DNA of 64,000 nucleotides from Eledone cirrhosa. Taxonomy: Eukaryota. Positions within the stretch are counted from its first letter, which is position 1. Every line of letters starts with the position of its first letter. This document shows positions 48,701 to 62,266 of this stretch, piece after piece. Location: the NCBI GenBank assembly GCA_964016885.1, contig OZ024741.1, forward strand, positions 374,666,001 to 374,730,000. The letters run 5' to 3'. The notes below the pieces were generated by a model. The model made no database searches, was not told where the DNA came from, and worked only from the letters and a program-made list of their open reading frames with translations. The position numbers and the translations under genes are program-made.

Positions 48701-51700
48701 AATCCCAGCTCTTCTCCCACTCTCTAATATATTAACATACATAACATTAAGACCTATTGCAGCTCTTCTACCACTCTCTAATATATTAACATACATAACA
48801 TTAAGACATATTGCAGCTCTTCTGCCACTCTCTAATATATTAACATACATAACATTAAGACCTATTGCAGCTCTTCCGCCACTCTCTAATATATTAACAT
48901 ACATAACATTAAGACCTATTGCAGCTCTTCCGCCACTCTCTAATATATAAACATACATAACATTAAGACCTATTGCAGCTCTTCCACCACTCTCTAATAT
49001 ATTAACATACATAACACTATGACCTATCGCAGCTCTTCTCCCACTCTCTAATATATTAACATACATAACATTATGACCTATCGCAGCTCTTCTCCCACGC
49101 TCTAATATATTAACATACATAACACTATGACCTATCGCAGCTCTTCTCCCACTCTCTAATATATTAACATACATAACACTATGACCTATCGCAGCTCTTC
49201 TCCCACTCTCTAATATATTAACATACATAACATTATGACCTATCGCAGCTCTTCTCCCACTCTCTAATATATTAACATACATGACATTATGACCTATCGA
49301 CAGCTCTTCCACCACTCTCTAATATATTAACATACATAACATTATAACCTATCGCAGCTCTTCCACCACTCTCTAATATATTAACATACATAAAATTAAG
49401 ACCTATTGCAGCTCTTCCACCACTCTCTAATATATTAGTATACATAACATTATGACCTATCGCAGCTCTTCTACCACTCTCTAATATTTTAACATACATA
49501 ACATTATGACCTATCGCAGCTCTTCCACCACTCTCTAATATATTAGCATACATAACATTAAGACCTATTGCAGCTCTTCCACCACTCTCTAATATATTAG
49601 CATACATAACATTATGACCTATCGCAGCTCTTCTGCCACTCTCTAATATATTAACATACATAACATTATGACCTATCGCAGCTCTTCTGCCACTCTCTAA
49701 TATATTAACATACATAACATTATGACCTATCGCAGCTCTTCTGCCACTCTCTAATATATTAACATACATAACATTAAGACCTATTGCAGCTCTTCCACCA
49801 CTCTCTAATATATTAGCATACATAACATTATGACCTATCGCAGCTCTTCTACCACTCTCTAATATATTAACATACATAACATTATGATCTATCGCAGCTC
49901 TTCTGCCACTCTCTAATATATTAACATACATAACATTAAGACCTATTGCAGCTCTTCCACCACTCTCTAATATATTAGCATACATAACATCATGACCTAT
50001 CGCAGCTCTTCTGCCACTCTCTAATATATTAACATACATAACATTATGACCTATCGCAGCTCTTCTCCCACTCTCTAATATATTAACATACATAACATTA
50101 TGACCTATCGCAGCTCTTCTGCCACTCTCTAATATATTAACATACATAACATTATGACCTATCGCAGCTCTTCTGCCACTCTCTAATATATTAACATACA
50201 TAACATTATGACCTATCGCAGCTCTTCTGCCACTCTCTATTATATTAACATACATAACATTATGACCTATCGCAGCTCTTCTACCACTCTCTAATATAGT
50301 AACATACATGACATTATGACCTATCGCAGCTCTGCCACCACTCTCTAATATATTAACATACATAACATTATGAGCTATCGCAGCTCTTCCACCACTCTCT
50401 AATATATTAAAATACATGACATTATGACCTATCGCAGCTCTTCTACCACTCTCTAATATATTAACATACATCACATTATGACCTATCGCAGCTCTTCTGC
50501 CACTCTCTAATATATTAACATACATAACATTATGACCTATCGCAGCTCTTCTGCCACTCTCTATTATATTAACATACATAACATTATGACCTATCGCAGC
50601 TCTTCTACCACTCTCTAATATAGTAACATACATGACATTATGACCTATCGCAGCTCTGCCACCACTCTCTAATATATTAGCATACATAACATTATGACCT
50701 ATCGCAGCTCTTCCACCACTCTCTAATATATTAAAATACATGACATTATGACCTATCGATAGCTCTTACACCAGTCTCTAATATATTAAAATACATAACA
50801 TGATGACCTATCACAGCTCTTCTACCGCTCTCTAATATATTAGCATACATAACATTATGACCTATCGCAGCTCTTCTACCACTCTCTAATATATTAACAT
50901 ACATGACATTATGACCTCTCGCAGCTCTTCCACCACTCTCTAATATATTAAAATACATGACATTATGACCTATCGCAGCTCTTCTACCACTCTCTAATAT
51001 ATTAACATACATCACATTATGACCTATCGCAGCTCTTCTGCCACTCTCTAATATATTAACATACATAACATTATGACCTATAGCAGCTCTTCTGCCACTC
51101 TCTAATATATTAACATACATAACATTATGACCTATCGCAGCTCTACTACCACTCTCTAATATATTATCATACATAACATTATGACCTATAGCAGCTCTTC
51201 TGCCACTCTCTAATATATTAACATACATCACATTATGACCTATCGCAGCTCTTCCACCACTCTCTAATATATAATCATACATAACATTATGACCTATTGC
51301 AGCTCTTCCACCACTCTCTAATATATTAACATACATAACATTAAGACCTATTGCAGCTCTTCCACCACTCTCTAATGTATTAACATACATAACACTATGA
51401 CCTATCGCAGCTCTTCTCCCACTCTCTAATATATTAACATACATAACATTATGACCTATCGCAGCTCTTCCACCACTCTCTAATATATTAGCATACATAA
51501 CATTATGACCTATCGCAGCTCTTCTACCACTCTCTAATATATTAACATACATGACATTATGACCTATCGACAGCTCTTCCACCACTCTCTAATATATTAA
51601 CATACATAACATTATGACCTATCGCAGCTCTTCCACCACTCTCTAATATATTAACATACATAACATTAAGACCTATTGCAGCTCTTCCACCACTCTCTAA

Positions 51701-54700
51701 TATATTAGTATACATAACATTATGACCTATCGCAGATCTTCTACCACTCTCTAATATTTTAACATACATAACATTATGACCTATCGCAGCTCTTCCACCA
51801 CTCTCTAATATATTAGCATACATAACATTATGACCTATCGCAGCTCTTCTGCCACTCTCTAATATATTAACATGCATAACATTATGACCTATCGCAGCTC
51901 TCCTCCCACTCTCTAATATATTAACATACATAACATTATGACCTATCGCAGCTCTTCTGCCACTCTCTAATATATTAACATACATAACATTATGACCTAT
52001 CGCAGCTCTTCTGCCACTCTCTATTATATTAACATACATAACATTATGACCTATCGCAGCTCTTCTACCACTCTCTAATATATTAACATACATGACATTA
52101 TGACCTATCGCAGCTCTGCCACCACTCTCTAATATATTAACATACATAACATTATGACCTATCGCAGCTCTTCCACCACTCTCTAATATATTAAAATACA
52201 TGACATTATGACCTATCGCAGCTCTTCTACCACTCTCTAATATATTAACATACATCACATTATGACCTATCGCAGCTCTTCTGCCACTCTCTAATATATT
52301 AACATACATAACATTATGAACTATAGCAGCTCTTCTGCCACTCTCTAATATATTAACATACATAACATTATGACCTATCGCAGCTCTTCCACCACTCTCT
52401 AATATATTAACATACATGACATTAAGAGCTATTGCAGCTCTTCTACCACTCTCTAATATATTAACATACATAACATTATGACCTATCGCAGCTCTTCCAC
52501 CACTCTATAATATATTAACATACATGACATTAAGAGCTATTGCAGCTCTTCTACCACTCTCTAATATATTAACATACATAACATTAAGACCTATTGCAGC
52601 TCTTCCACCACTCTCTAATATATTAACATACATAACATTATGACCTATCGCAGCTCTTCTGTCACTCTCTAATATATTAACATACATAACATTATGACAT
52701 ATCGCAGCTCTTCTCCCACTCTCTAATATATTAACATACATAACATTAAGACCTATTGCAGCTCTTCTACCACTCTATAATATATTAACATACATAACAT
52801 TAAGACCTATTGCAGCTCTTCTACCCCTCTCTAATATATTAACATACATAACATTATGACCTATCGCAGCTCTTCTACCACTCTCTAATATGTTAACATA
52901 CATAACATTAAGACCTATTGCAGCTCTTCTGCCACTCTCTAATATATTAACATACATAACATTAAGACCTATTGCAGCTCTTCCACCACTCTCTAATATA
53001 TTAACATACATAACATTAAGACCTATTTCAGCTCTTACACCACTCTCTAATATATTAACATACATAACACTATGACCTATCGCAGCTCTTCTCCCACTCT
53101 CTAATATATTAACATACATAACATTATGATCTATCGCAGCTCTTCTCCCACTCTCTAATATATTAACATACATAACACTATGACCTATCGCAGCTCTTCT
53201 CCCACTCTCTAATATATTAACATACATAACATTATGACCTATCGCAGCTCTTCTCCTACTCTCTAATATATTAACATACATAACATTATGACCTATCGCA
53301 GCTCTTCCACCACTCTCTAATATATTAACATACATAACATTAAGACCTATTGCAGCTCTTCCACCACTCTCTAATATATTAGTATACATAACATTATGAC
53401 CTATCGCAGCTCTTCTACCACTCTCTAATATATTAACATACATAACATTATGACCTATCGCAGCTCTTCCACCACTCACTAATATATTAGCATACATAAC
53501 ATTAAGACCTATTGCAGCTCTTCCACCACTCTCTAATATATTAGCATACATAACATTATGACCTATCGATAGCTCTTCCACCACTCTCTAATATATTAAA
53601 ATACATAACATTATGACCTATCGCAGCTCTTCTACCGCTCTCTAATATATTAGCATACATAACATTATGACCTATCGCAGCTCTTCTACCACTCTCTAAT
53701 ATATTAACATACATGACATTATGATCTCTCGCAGCTCTTCCACCACTCTCTAATATATTAAAATACATGACATTATGACCCATCGCAGCTCTTCTACCAC
53801 TCTCTAATATATTAACATACATAACATTATGACCTATCGCAGCTCTTCCACCACTCTCTAATATATTAACATACATGACATTAAGAGCTATTGCAGCTCT
53901 TCTACCACTCTCTAATATATTAACATACATCACATTATGACCTATCGCAGCTCTTCTGCCACTCTCTAATATATTAACATACATAACATTATGACCTATA
54001 GCAGCTCTTCTGCCACTCTCTAATATATTAACATACATAACATTATGACCTATCGCAGCTCTTCTACCACTCTCTAATATATTATCATACATAACATTAT
54101 GACCTATAGCAGCTCTTCTGCCACTCTCTAATATATTAACATACATCACATTATGACCTATCGCAGCTCTTCCACCACTCTCTATTACATTAACATACAT
54201 GACATTAAGAGCTATTGCAGCTCTTCTACCACTCTCTAATATATTAACATACATAACATTAAGACCTATTGCAGCTCTTCTACCACTCTCTAATATATTA
54301 ACATACATAACATTATGACCTATCGCAGCTGTTCTGTCACTCTCTGATATATTAACATACATAACATTATGACCTATCCCAGCTCTTCTCCCACTCTCTA
54401 ATATATTAACATACATAACATTAAGACCTATTGCAGCTCTTCTACCACTCTCTAATATATTAACATACATAACATTAAGACATATTGCAGCTCTTCTGCC
54501 ACTCTCTAATATATTAACATACATAACATTAAGACCTATTGCAGCTCTTCCGCCACTCTCTAATATATTAACATACATAACATTAAGACCTATTGCAGCT
54601 CTTCCGCCACTCTCTAATATATAAACATACATAACATTAAGACCTATTGCAGCTCTTCCACCACTCTCTAATATATTAACATACATAACACTATGACCTA

Positions 54701-57700
54701 TCGCAGCTCTTCTCCCACTCTCTAATATATTAACATACATAACATTATGACCTATCGCAGCTCTTCTCCCACGCTCTAATATATTAACATACATAACACT
54801 ATGACCTATCGCAGCTCTTCTCCCACTCTCTAATATATTAACATACATAACACTATGACCTATCGCAGCTCTTCTCCCACTCTCTAATATATTAACATAC
54901 ATAACATTATGACCTATCGCAGCTCTTCTCCCACTCTCTAATATATTAACATACATGACATTATGACCTATCGACAGCTCTTCCACCACTCTCTAATATA
55001 TTAACATACATAACATTATAACCTATCGCAGCTCTTCCACCACTCTCTAATATATTAACATACATAAAATTAAGACCTATTGCAGCTCTTCCACCACTCT
55101 CTAATATATTAGTATACATAACATTATGACCTATCGCAGCTCTTCTACCACTCTCTAATATTTTAACATACATAACATTATGACCTATCGCAGCTCTTCC
55201 ACCACTCTCTAATATATTAGCATACATAACATTAAGACCTATTGCAGCTCTTCCACCACTCTCTAATATATTAGCATACATAACATTATGACCTATCGCA
55301 GCTCTTCTGCCACTCTCTAATATATTAACATACATAACATTATGACCTATCGCAGCTCTTCTGCCACTCTCTAATATATTAACATACATAACATTATGAC
55401 CTATCGCAGCTCTTCTGCCACTCTCTAATATATTAACATACATAACATTAAGACCTATTGCAGCTCTTCCACCACTCTCTAATATATTAGCATACATAAC
55501 ATTATGACCTATCGCAGCTCTTCTACCACTCTCTAATATATTAACATACATAACATTATGATCTATCGCAGCTCTTCTGCCACTCTCTAATATATTAACA
55601 TACATCACATTATGACCTATCGCAGCTCTTCCACCACTCTCTATTACATTAACATACATGACATTAAGAGCTATTGCAGCTCTTCTACCACTCTCTAATA
55701 TATTAACATACATAACATTAAGACCTATTGCAGCTCTTCTACCACTCTCTAATATATTAACATACATAACATTATGACCTATCGCAGCTCTTCTGTCACT
55801 CTCTGATATATTAACATACATAACATTATGACCTATCCCAGCTCTTCTCCCACTCTCTAATATATTAACATACATAACATTAAGACCTATTGCAGCTCTT
55901 CTACCACTCTCTAATATATTAACATACATAACATTAAGACATATTGCAGCTCTTCTGCCACTCTCTAATATATTAACATACATAACATTAAGACCTATTG
56001 CAGCTCTTCCGCCACTCTCTAATATATTAACATACATAACATTAAGACCTATTGCAGCTCTTCCGCCACTCTCTAATATATAAACATACATAACATTAAG
56101 ACCTATTGCAGCTCTTCCACCACTCTCTAATATATTAACATACATAACACTATGACCTATCGCAGCTCTTCTCCCACTCTCTAATATATTAACATACATA
56201 ACATTATGACCTATCGCAGCTCTTCTCCCACGCTCTAATATATTAACATACATAACACTATGACCTATCGCAGCTCTTCTCCCACTCTCTAATATATTAA
56301 CATACATAACATTAAGACCTATTGCAGCTCTTCTACCACTCTATAATATATTAACATACATAACATTAAGACATATCGCAGCTCTTCTCCCACTCTCTAA
56401 TATATTAACATACATAACATTAAGACCTATTGCAGCTCTTCTACCACTCTATAATATATTAACATACATAACATTAAGACCTATTGCAGCTCTTCTACCC
56501 CTCTCTAATATATTAACATACATAACATTATGACCTATCGCAGCTCTTCTACCACTCTCTAATATGTTAACATACATAACATTAAGACCTATTGCAGCTC
56601 TTCTGCCACTCTCTAATATATTAACATACATAACATTAAGACCTATTGCAGCTCTTCCACCACTCTCTAATATATTAACATACATAACATTAAGACCTAT
56701 TGCAGCTCTTACACCACTCTCTAATATATTAACATACATAACACTATGACCTATCGCAGCTCTTCTCCCACTCTCTAATATATTAACATACATAACATTA
56801 TGATCTATCGCAGCTCTTCTCCCACTCTCTAATATATTAACATACATAACACTATGACCTATCGCAGCTCTTCTCCCACTCTCTAATATATTAACATACA
56901 TAACATTATGACCTATCGCAGCTCTTCTCCTACTCTCTAATATATTAACATACATAACATTATGACCTATCGCAGCTCTTCCACCACTCTCTAATATATT
57001 AACATACATAACATTAAGACCTATTGCAGCTCTTCCACCACTCTCTAATATATTAGTATACATAACATTATGACCTATCGCAGCTCTTCTACCACTCTCT
57101 AATATATTAACATACATAACATTATGACCTATCGCAGCTCTTCCACCACTCACTAATATATTAGCATACATAACATTAAGACCTATTGCAGCTCTTCCAC
57201 CACTCTCTAATATATTAGCATACATAACATTATGACCTATCGATAGCTCTTCCACCACTCTCTAATATATTAAAATACATAACATTATGACCTATCGCAG
57301 CTCTTCTACCGCTCTCTAATATATTAGCATACATAACATTATGACCTATCGCAGCTCTTCTACCACTCTCTAATATATTAACATACATGACATTATGATC
57401 TCTCGCAGCTCTTCCACCACTCTCTAATATATTAAAATACATGACATTATGACCCATCGCAGCTCTTCTACCACTCTCTAATATATTAACATACATAACA
57501 TTATGACCTATCGCAGCTCTTCCACCACTCTCTAATATATTAACATACATGACATTAAGAGCTATTGCAGCTCTTCTACCACTCTCTAATATATTAACAT
57601 ACATCACATTATGACCTATCGCAGCTCTTCTGCCACTCTCTAATATATTAACATACATAACATTATGACCTATAGCAGCTCTTCTGCCACTCTCTAATAT

Positions 57701-59888
57701 ATTAACATACATAACATTATGACCTATCGCAGCTCTTCTACCACTCTCTAATATATTATCATACATAACATTATGACCTATAGCAGCTCTTCCACCACTC
57801 TCTAATATATTAACATACATCACATTATGACCTATCGCAGCTCTTCCACCACTCTCTATTACATTAACATACATGACATTAAGAGCTATTGCAGCTCTTC
57901 TACCACTCTCTAATATATTAACATACATAACATTAAGACCTATTGCAGCTCTTCTACCACTCTCTAATATATTAACATACATAACATTATGACCTATCGC
58001 AGCTCTTCTGTCACTCTCTGATATATTAACATACATAACATTATGACCAATCCCAGCTCTTCTCCCACTCTCTAATATATTAACATACATAACATTAAGA
58101 CCTATTGCAGCTCTTCTACCACTCTCTAATATATTAACATACATAACATTAAGACATATTGCAGCTCTTCTGCCACTCTCTAATATATTAACATACATAA
58201 CATTAAGACCTATTGCAGCTCTTCCGCCACTCTCTAATATATTAACATACATAACATTAAGACCTATTGCAGCTCTTCCGCCACTCTCTAATATATAAAC
58301 ATACATAACATTAAGACCTATTGCAGCTCTTCCACCACTCTCTAATATATTAACATACATAACACTATGACCTATCGCAGCTCTTCTCCCACTCTCTAAT
58401 ATATTAACATACATAACATTATGACCTATCGCAGCTCTTCTCCCACGCTCTAATATATTAACATACATAACACTATGACCTATCGCAGCTCTTCTCCCAC
58501 TCTCTAATATATTAACATACATAACACTATGACCTATCGCAGCTCTTCTCCCACTCTCTAATATATTAACATACATAACATTATGACCTATCGCAGCTCT
58601 TCTCCCACTCTCTAATATATTAACATACATGACATTATGACCTATCGACAGCTCTTCCACCACTCTCTAATATATTAACATACATAACATTATAACCTAT
58701 CGCAGCTCTTCCACCACTCTCTAATATATTAACATACATAAAATTAAGACCTATTGCAGCTCTTCCACCACTCTCTAATATATTAGTATACATAACATTA
58801 TGACCTATCGCAGCTCTTCTACCACTCTCTAATATTTTAACATACATAACATTATGACCTATCGCAGCTCTTCCACCACTCTCTAATATATTAGCATACA
58901 TAACATTAAGACCTATTGCAGCTCTTCCACCACTCTCTAATATATTAGCATACATAACATTATGACCTATCGCAGCTCTTCTGCCACTCTCTAATATATT
59001 AACATACATAACATTATGACCTATCGCAGCTCTTCTGCCACTCTCTAATATATTAACATACATAACATTATGACCTATCGCAGCTCTTCTGCCACTCTCT
59101 AATATATTAACATACATAACATTAAGACCTATTGCAGCTCTTCCACCACTCTCTAATATATTAGCATACATAACATTATGACCTATCGCAGCTCTTCTAC
59201 CACTCTCTAATATATTAACATACATAACATTATGATCTATCGCAGCTCTTCTGCCACTCTCTAATATATTAACATACATAACATTAAGACCTATTGCAGC
59301 TCTTCCACCACTCTCTAATATATTAGCATACATAACATCATGACCTATCGCAGCTCTTCTGCCACTCTCTAATATATTAACATACATAACATTATGACCT
59401 ATCGCAGCTCTTCTCCCACTCTCTAATATATTAACATACATAACATTATGACCTATCGCAGCTCTTCTGCCACTCTCTAATATATTAACATACATAACAT
59501 TATGACCTATCGCAGCTCTTCTGCCACTCTCTAATATATTAACATACATAACATTATGACCTATCGCAGCTCTTCTGCCACTCTCTATTATATTAACATA
59601 CATAACATTATGACCTATCGCAGCTCTTCTACCACTCTCTAATATAGTAACATACATGACATTATGACCTATCGCAGCTCTGCCACCACTCTCTAATATA
59701 TTAACATACATAACATTATGAGCTATCGCAGCTCTTCCACCACTCTCTAATATATTAAAATACATGACATTATGACCTATCGCAGCTCTTCTACCACTCT
59801 CTAATATATTAACATACATCACATTATGACCTATCGCAGCTCTTCTGCCACTCTCTAATATATTAACATACATAACATTATGACCTAT
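41690..59888. repeat. Large tandem duplication, period 8,969 bp (166 monomers + 5 bp), shifting to 9,348 bp after a 379-bp indel; contains a nested 3,674-bp (68 monomers + 2 bp) repeat
   Basis: Seven consecutive ORF boundaries map at +8969 (41777/50746 through 47480/56449), and 49287/58635 maps at +9348. Nested pairs 43806/47480, 52775/56449, 53556/57230 and 54961/58635 map at +3674. Confidence 0.93.
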
Positions 59889-62266
59889 AGCAGCTCTTCT
59901 GCCACTCTCTAATATATTAACATACATAACATTATGACCTATCGCAGCCCTTCCACCACTCTCTAATATATTAACATACATGACATTAAGAGCTATTGCA
60001 GCTCTTCTACCACTCTCTAATATATTAACATACATAACATTATGACCTATCGCAGCTCTTCCACCACTCTCTAATATATTAACATACATGACATTAAGAG
60101 CTAATGCAGCTCTTCTACCACTCTCTAATATATTAACATACATAACATTAAGACCTATTGCAGCTCTACCACCACTCTCTAATATATTAACATACATAAC
60201 ATTATGACCTATCGCAGCTCTTCCTCCACTCTCTAATATATTAACATACATGACATTAAGAGCTATTGCAGCTCTTCTACCACTCTCTAATATATTAACA
60301 TACATAACATTATGACCTATCGCAGCTCTTCTGTCACTCTCTAATATATTAACATACATAACATTATGACCTATCCCAGCTCTTCTCCCACTCTCTAATA
60401 TATTAACATACATAACATTAAGACCTATTGCAGCTCTTCTACCACTCTCTAATATATTAACATACATAACATTAAGACCTATTGCAGCTCTTCTGCCACT
60501 CTCTAATATATTAACATACATAACATTAAGACCTATTGCAGCTCTTCCGCCACTCTCTAATATATTAACATACATAACATTAAGACCTATTGCAGCTCTT
60601 CCGCCACTCTCTAATATATAAACATACATAACATTAAGACCTATTGCAGCTCTTCCACCACTCTCTAATATATTAACATACATAACACTATGACCTATCG
60701 CAGCTCTTCTCACACTCTCTAATATATTAACATACATAACATTATGACCTATCGCAGCTCTTCTCCCACTCTCTAATATATTAACATACATAACACTATG
60801 ACCTATCGCAGCTCTTCTCCCACTCTCTAATATATTAACATACATAACACTATGACCTATCGCAGCTCTTCTCCCACTCTCTAATATATTAACATACATA
60901 ACATTATAACCTATCGCAGCTCTTCGCCCACTCTCTAATATATTAACATACATAACATTATGACCTATCGCAGCTCTTCTCCCACTCTCTAATATATCAA
61001 CATACATAACATTATGACCTATCGCAGCTCTTCCACCACTCTCTAATATATTAACATACATAACATTAAGACTTATTGCAGCTCTTCCACCATTCTTTAA
61101 TGTATTAACATACATAACACTATGACCTATCGCAGCTCTTCTCCCACTCTCTAATATATTAACATACATAACATTATGACCTATCGCAGCTCTTCCACCA
61201 CTCTCTAATATATTAGCATACATAACATTATGACCTATCGCAGCTCTTCTACCACTCTCTAATATATTAACATACATGACATTATGACCTATCGACAGCT
61301 CTTCCACCACTCTCTAATATATTAACATACATAACATTATGACCTATCGCAGCTCTTCCACCACTCTCTAATATATTAACATACATAACATTAAGACCTA
61401 TTGCAGCTCTTCCACCACTCTCTAATATATTAGTATACATAACATTATGACCTATCGCAGCTCTTCTACCACTCTCTAATATTTTAACATACATAACATT
61501 ATGACCTATCGCAGCTCTTCCACCACTCTCTAATATATTAGCATACATAACATTAAGACCTATTGCAGCTCTTCCACCACTCTCTAATATATTAGTATAC
61601 ATAACATTATGACCTATCGCAGCTCTTCTGCCACTCTCTAATATATTAACATACATAACATTATGACCTATCGCAGCTCTTCTGCCACTCTCTAATATAT
61701 TAACATACATAACATTAAGACCTATTGCAGCTCTTCTGCCACTCTCTAATATATTAACATACATGACATTATGACCTATCGCAGCTCTTCTGCCACTCTC
61801 TAATATATTAACATACATAACATTATGACCTATCGCAGCTCTTCTGCCACTCTCTAATATATTAACATACATAACATTAAGACCTATTGCAGCTCTTCCA
61901 CCACTCTCTAATATATTAGCATACATAACATTATGACCTATCGCAGCTCTTCTGCCACTCTCTATTATATTAACATACATAACATTATGACCTATCGCAG
62001 CTCTTCTACCACTCTCTAATATATTAACATACATGACATTAAGAGCTATTGCAGCTCTTCTACCACTCTCTAATATATTAACATACATAACATTAAGACC
62101 TATTGCAGCTCTTCTACCACTCTCTAATATATTAACATACATAACATTATGACCTATCGCAGCTCTTCTGTCACTCTCTAATATATTAACATACATAACA
62201 TTATGACCTATCGCAGCTCTTCTCCCACTCTCTAATATATTAACATACATAACATTAAGACCTATT

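Noticed and set aside
19624-56749. Plus-strand ORFs (LTYITLRPIAALLPLSNI repeats)
   Set aside because: They are open only across runs of TTAAGA-type monomers, and the common TTATGA type puts TGA in this frame.
11153-61310. Recurrent MVEELS starts and VDRS/IDRS ends as conserved termini or a programmed frameshift
   Set aside because: They are the out-of-frame readings on either side of the +A insertion. No slippery heptamer or distinct stimulatory structure is visible.
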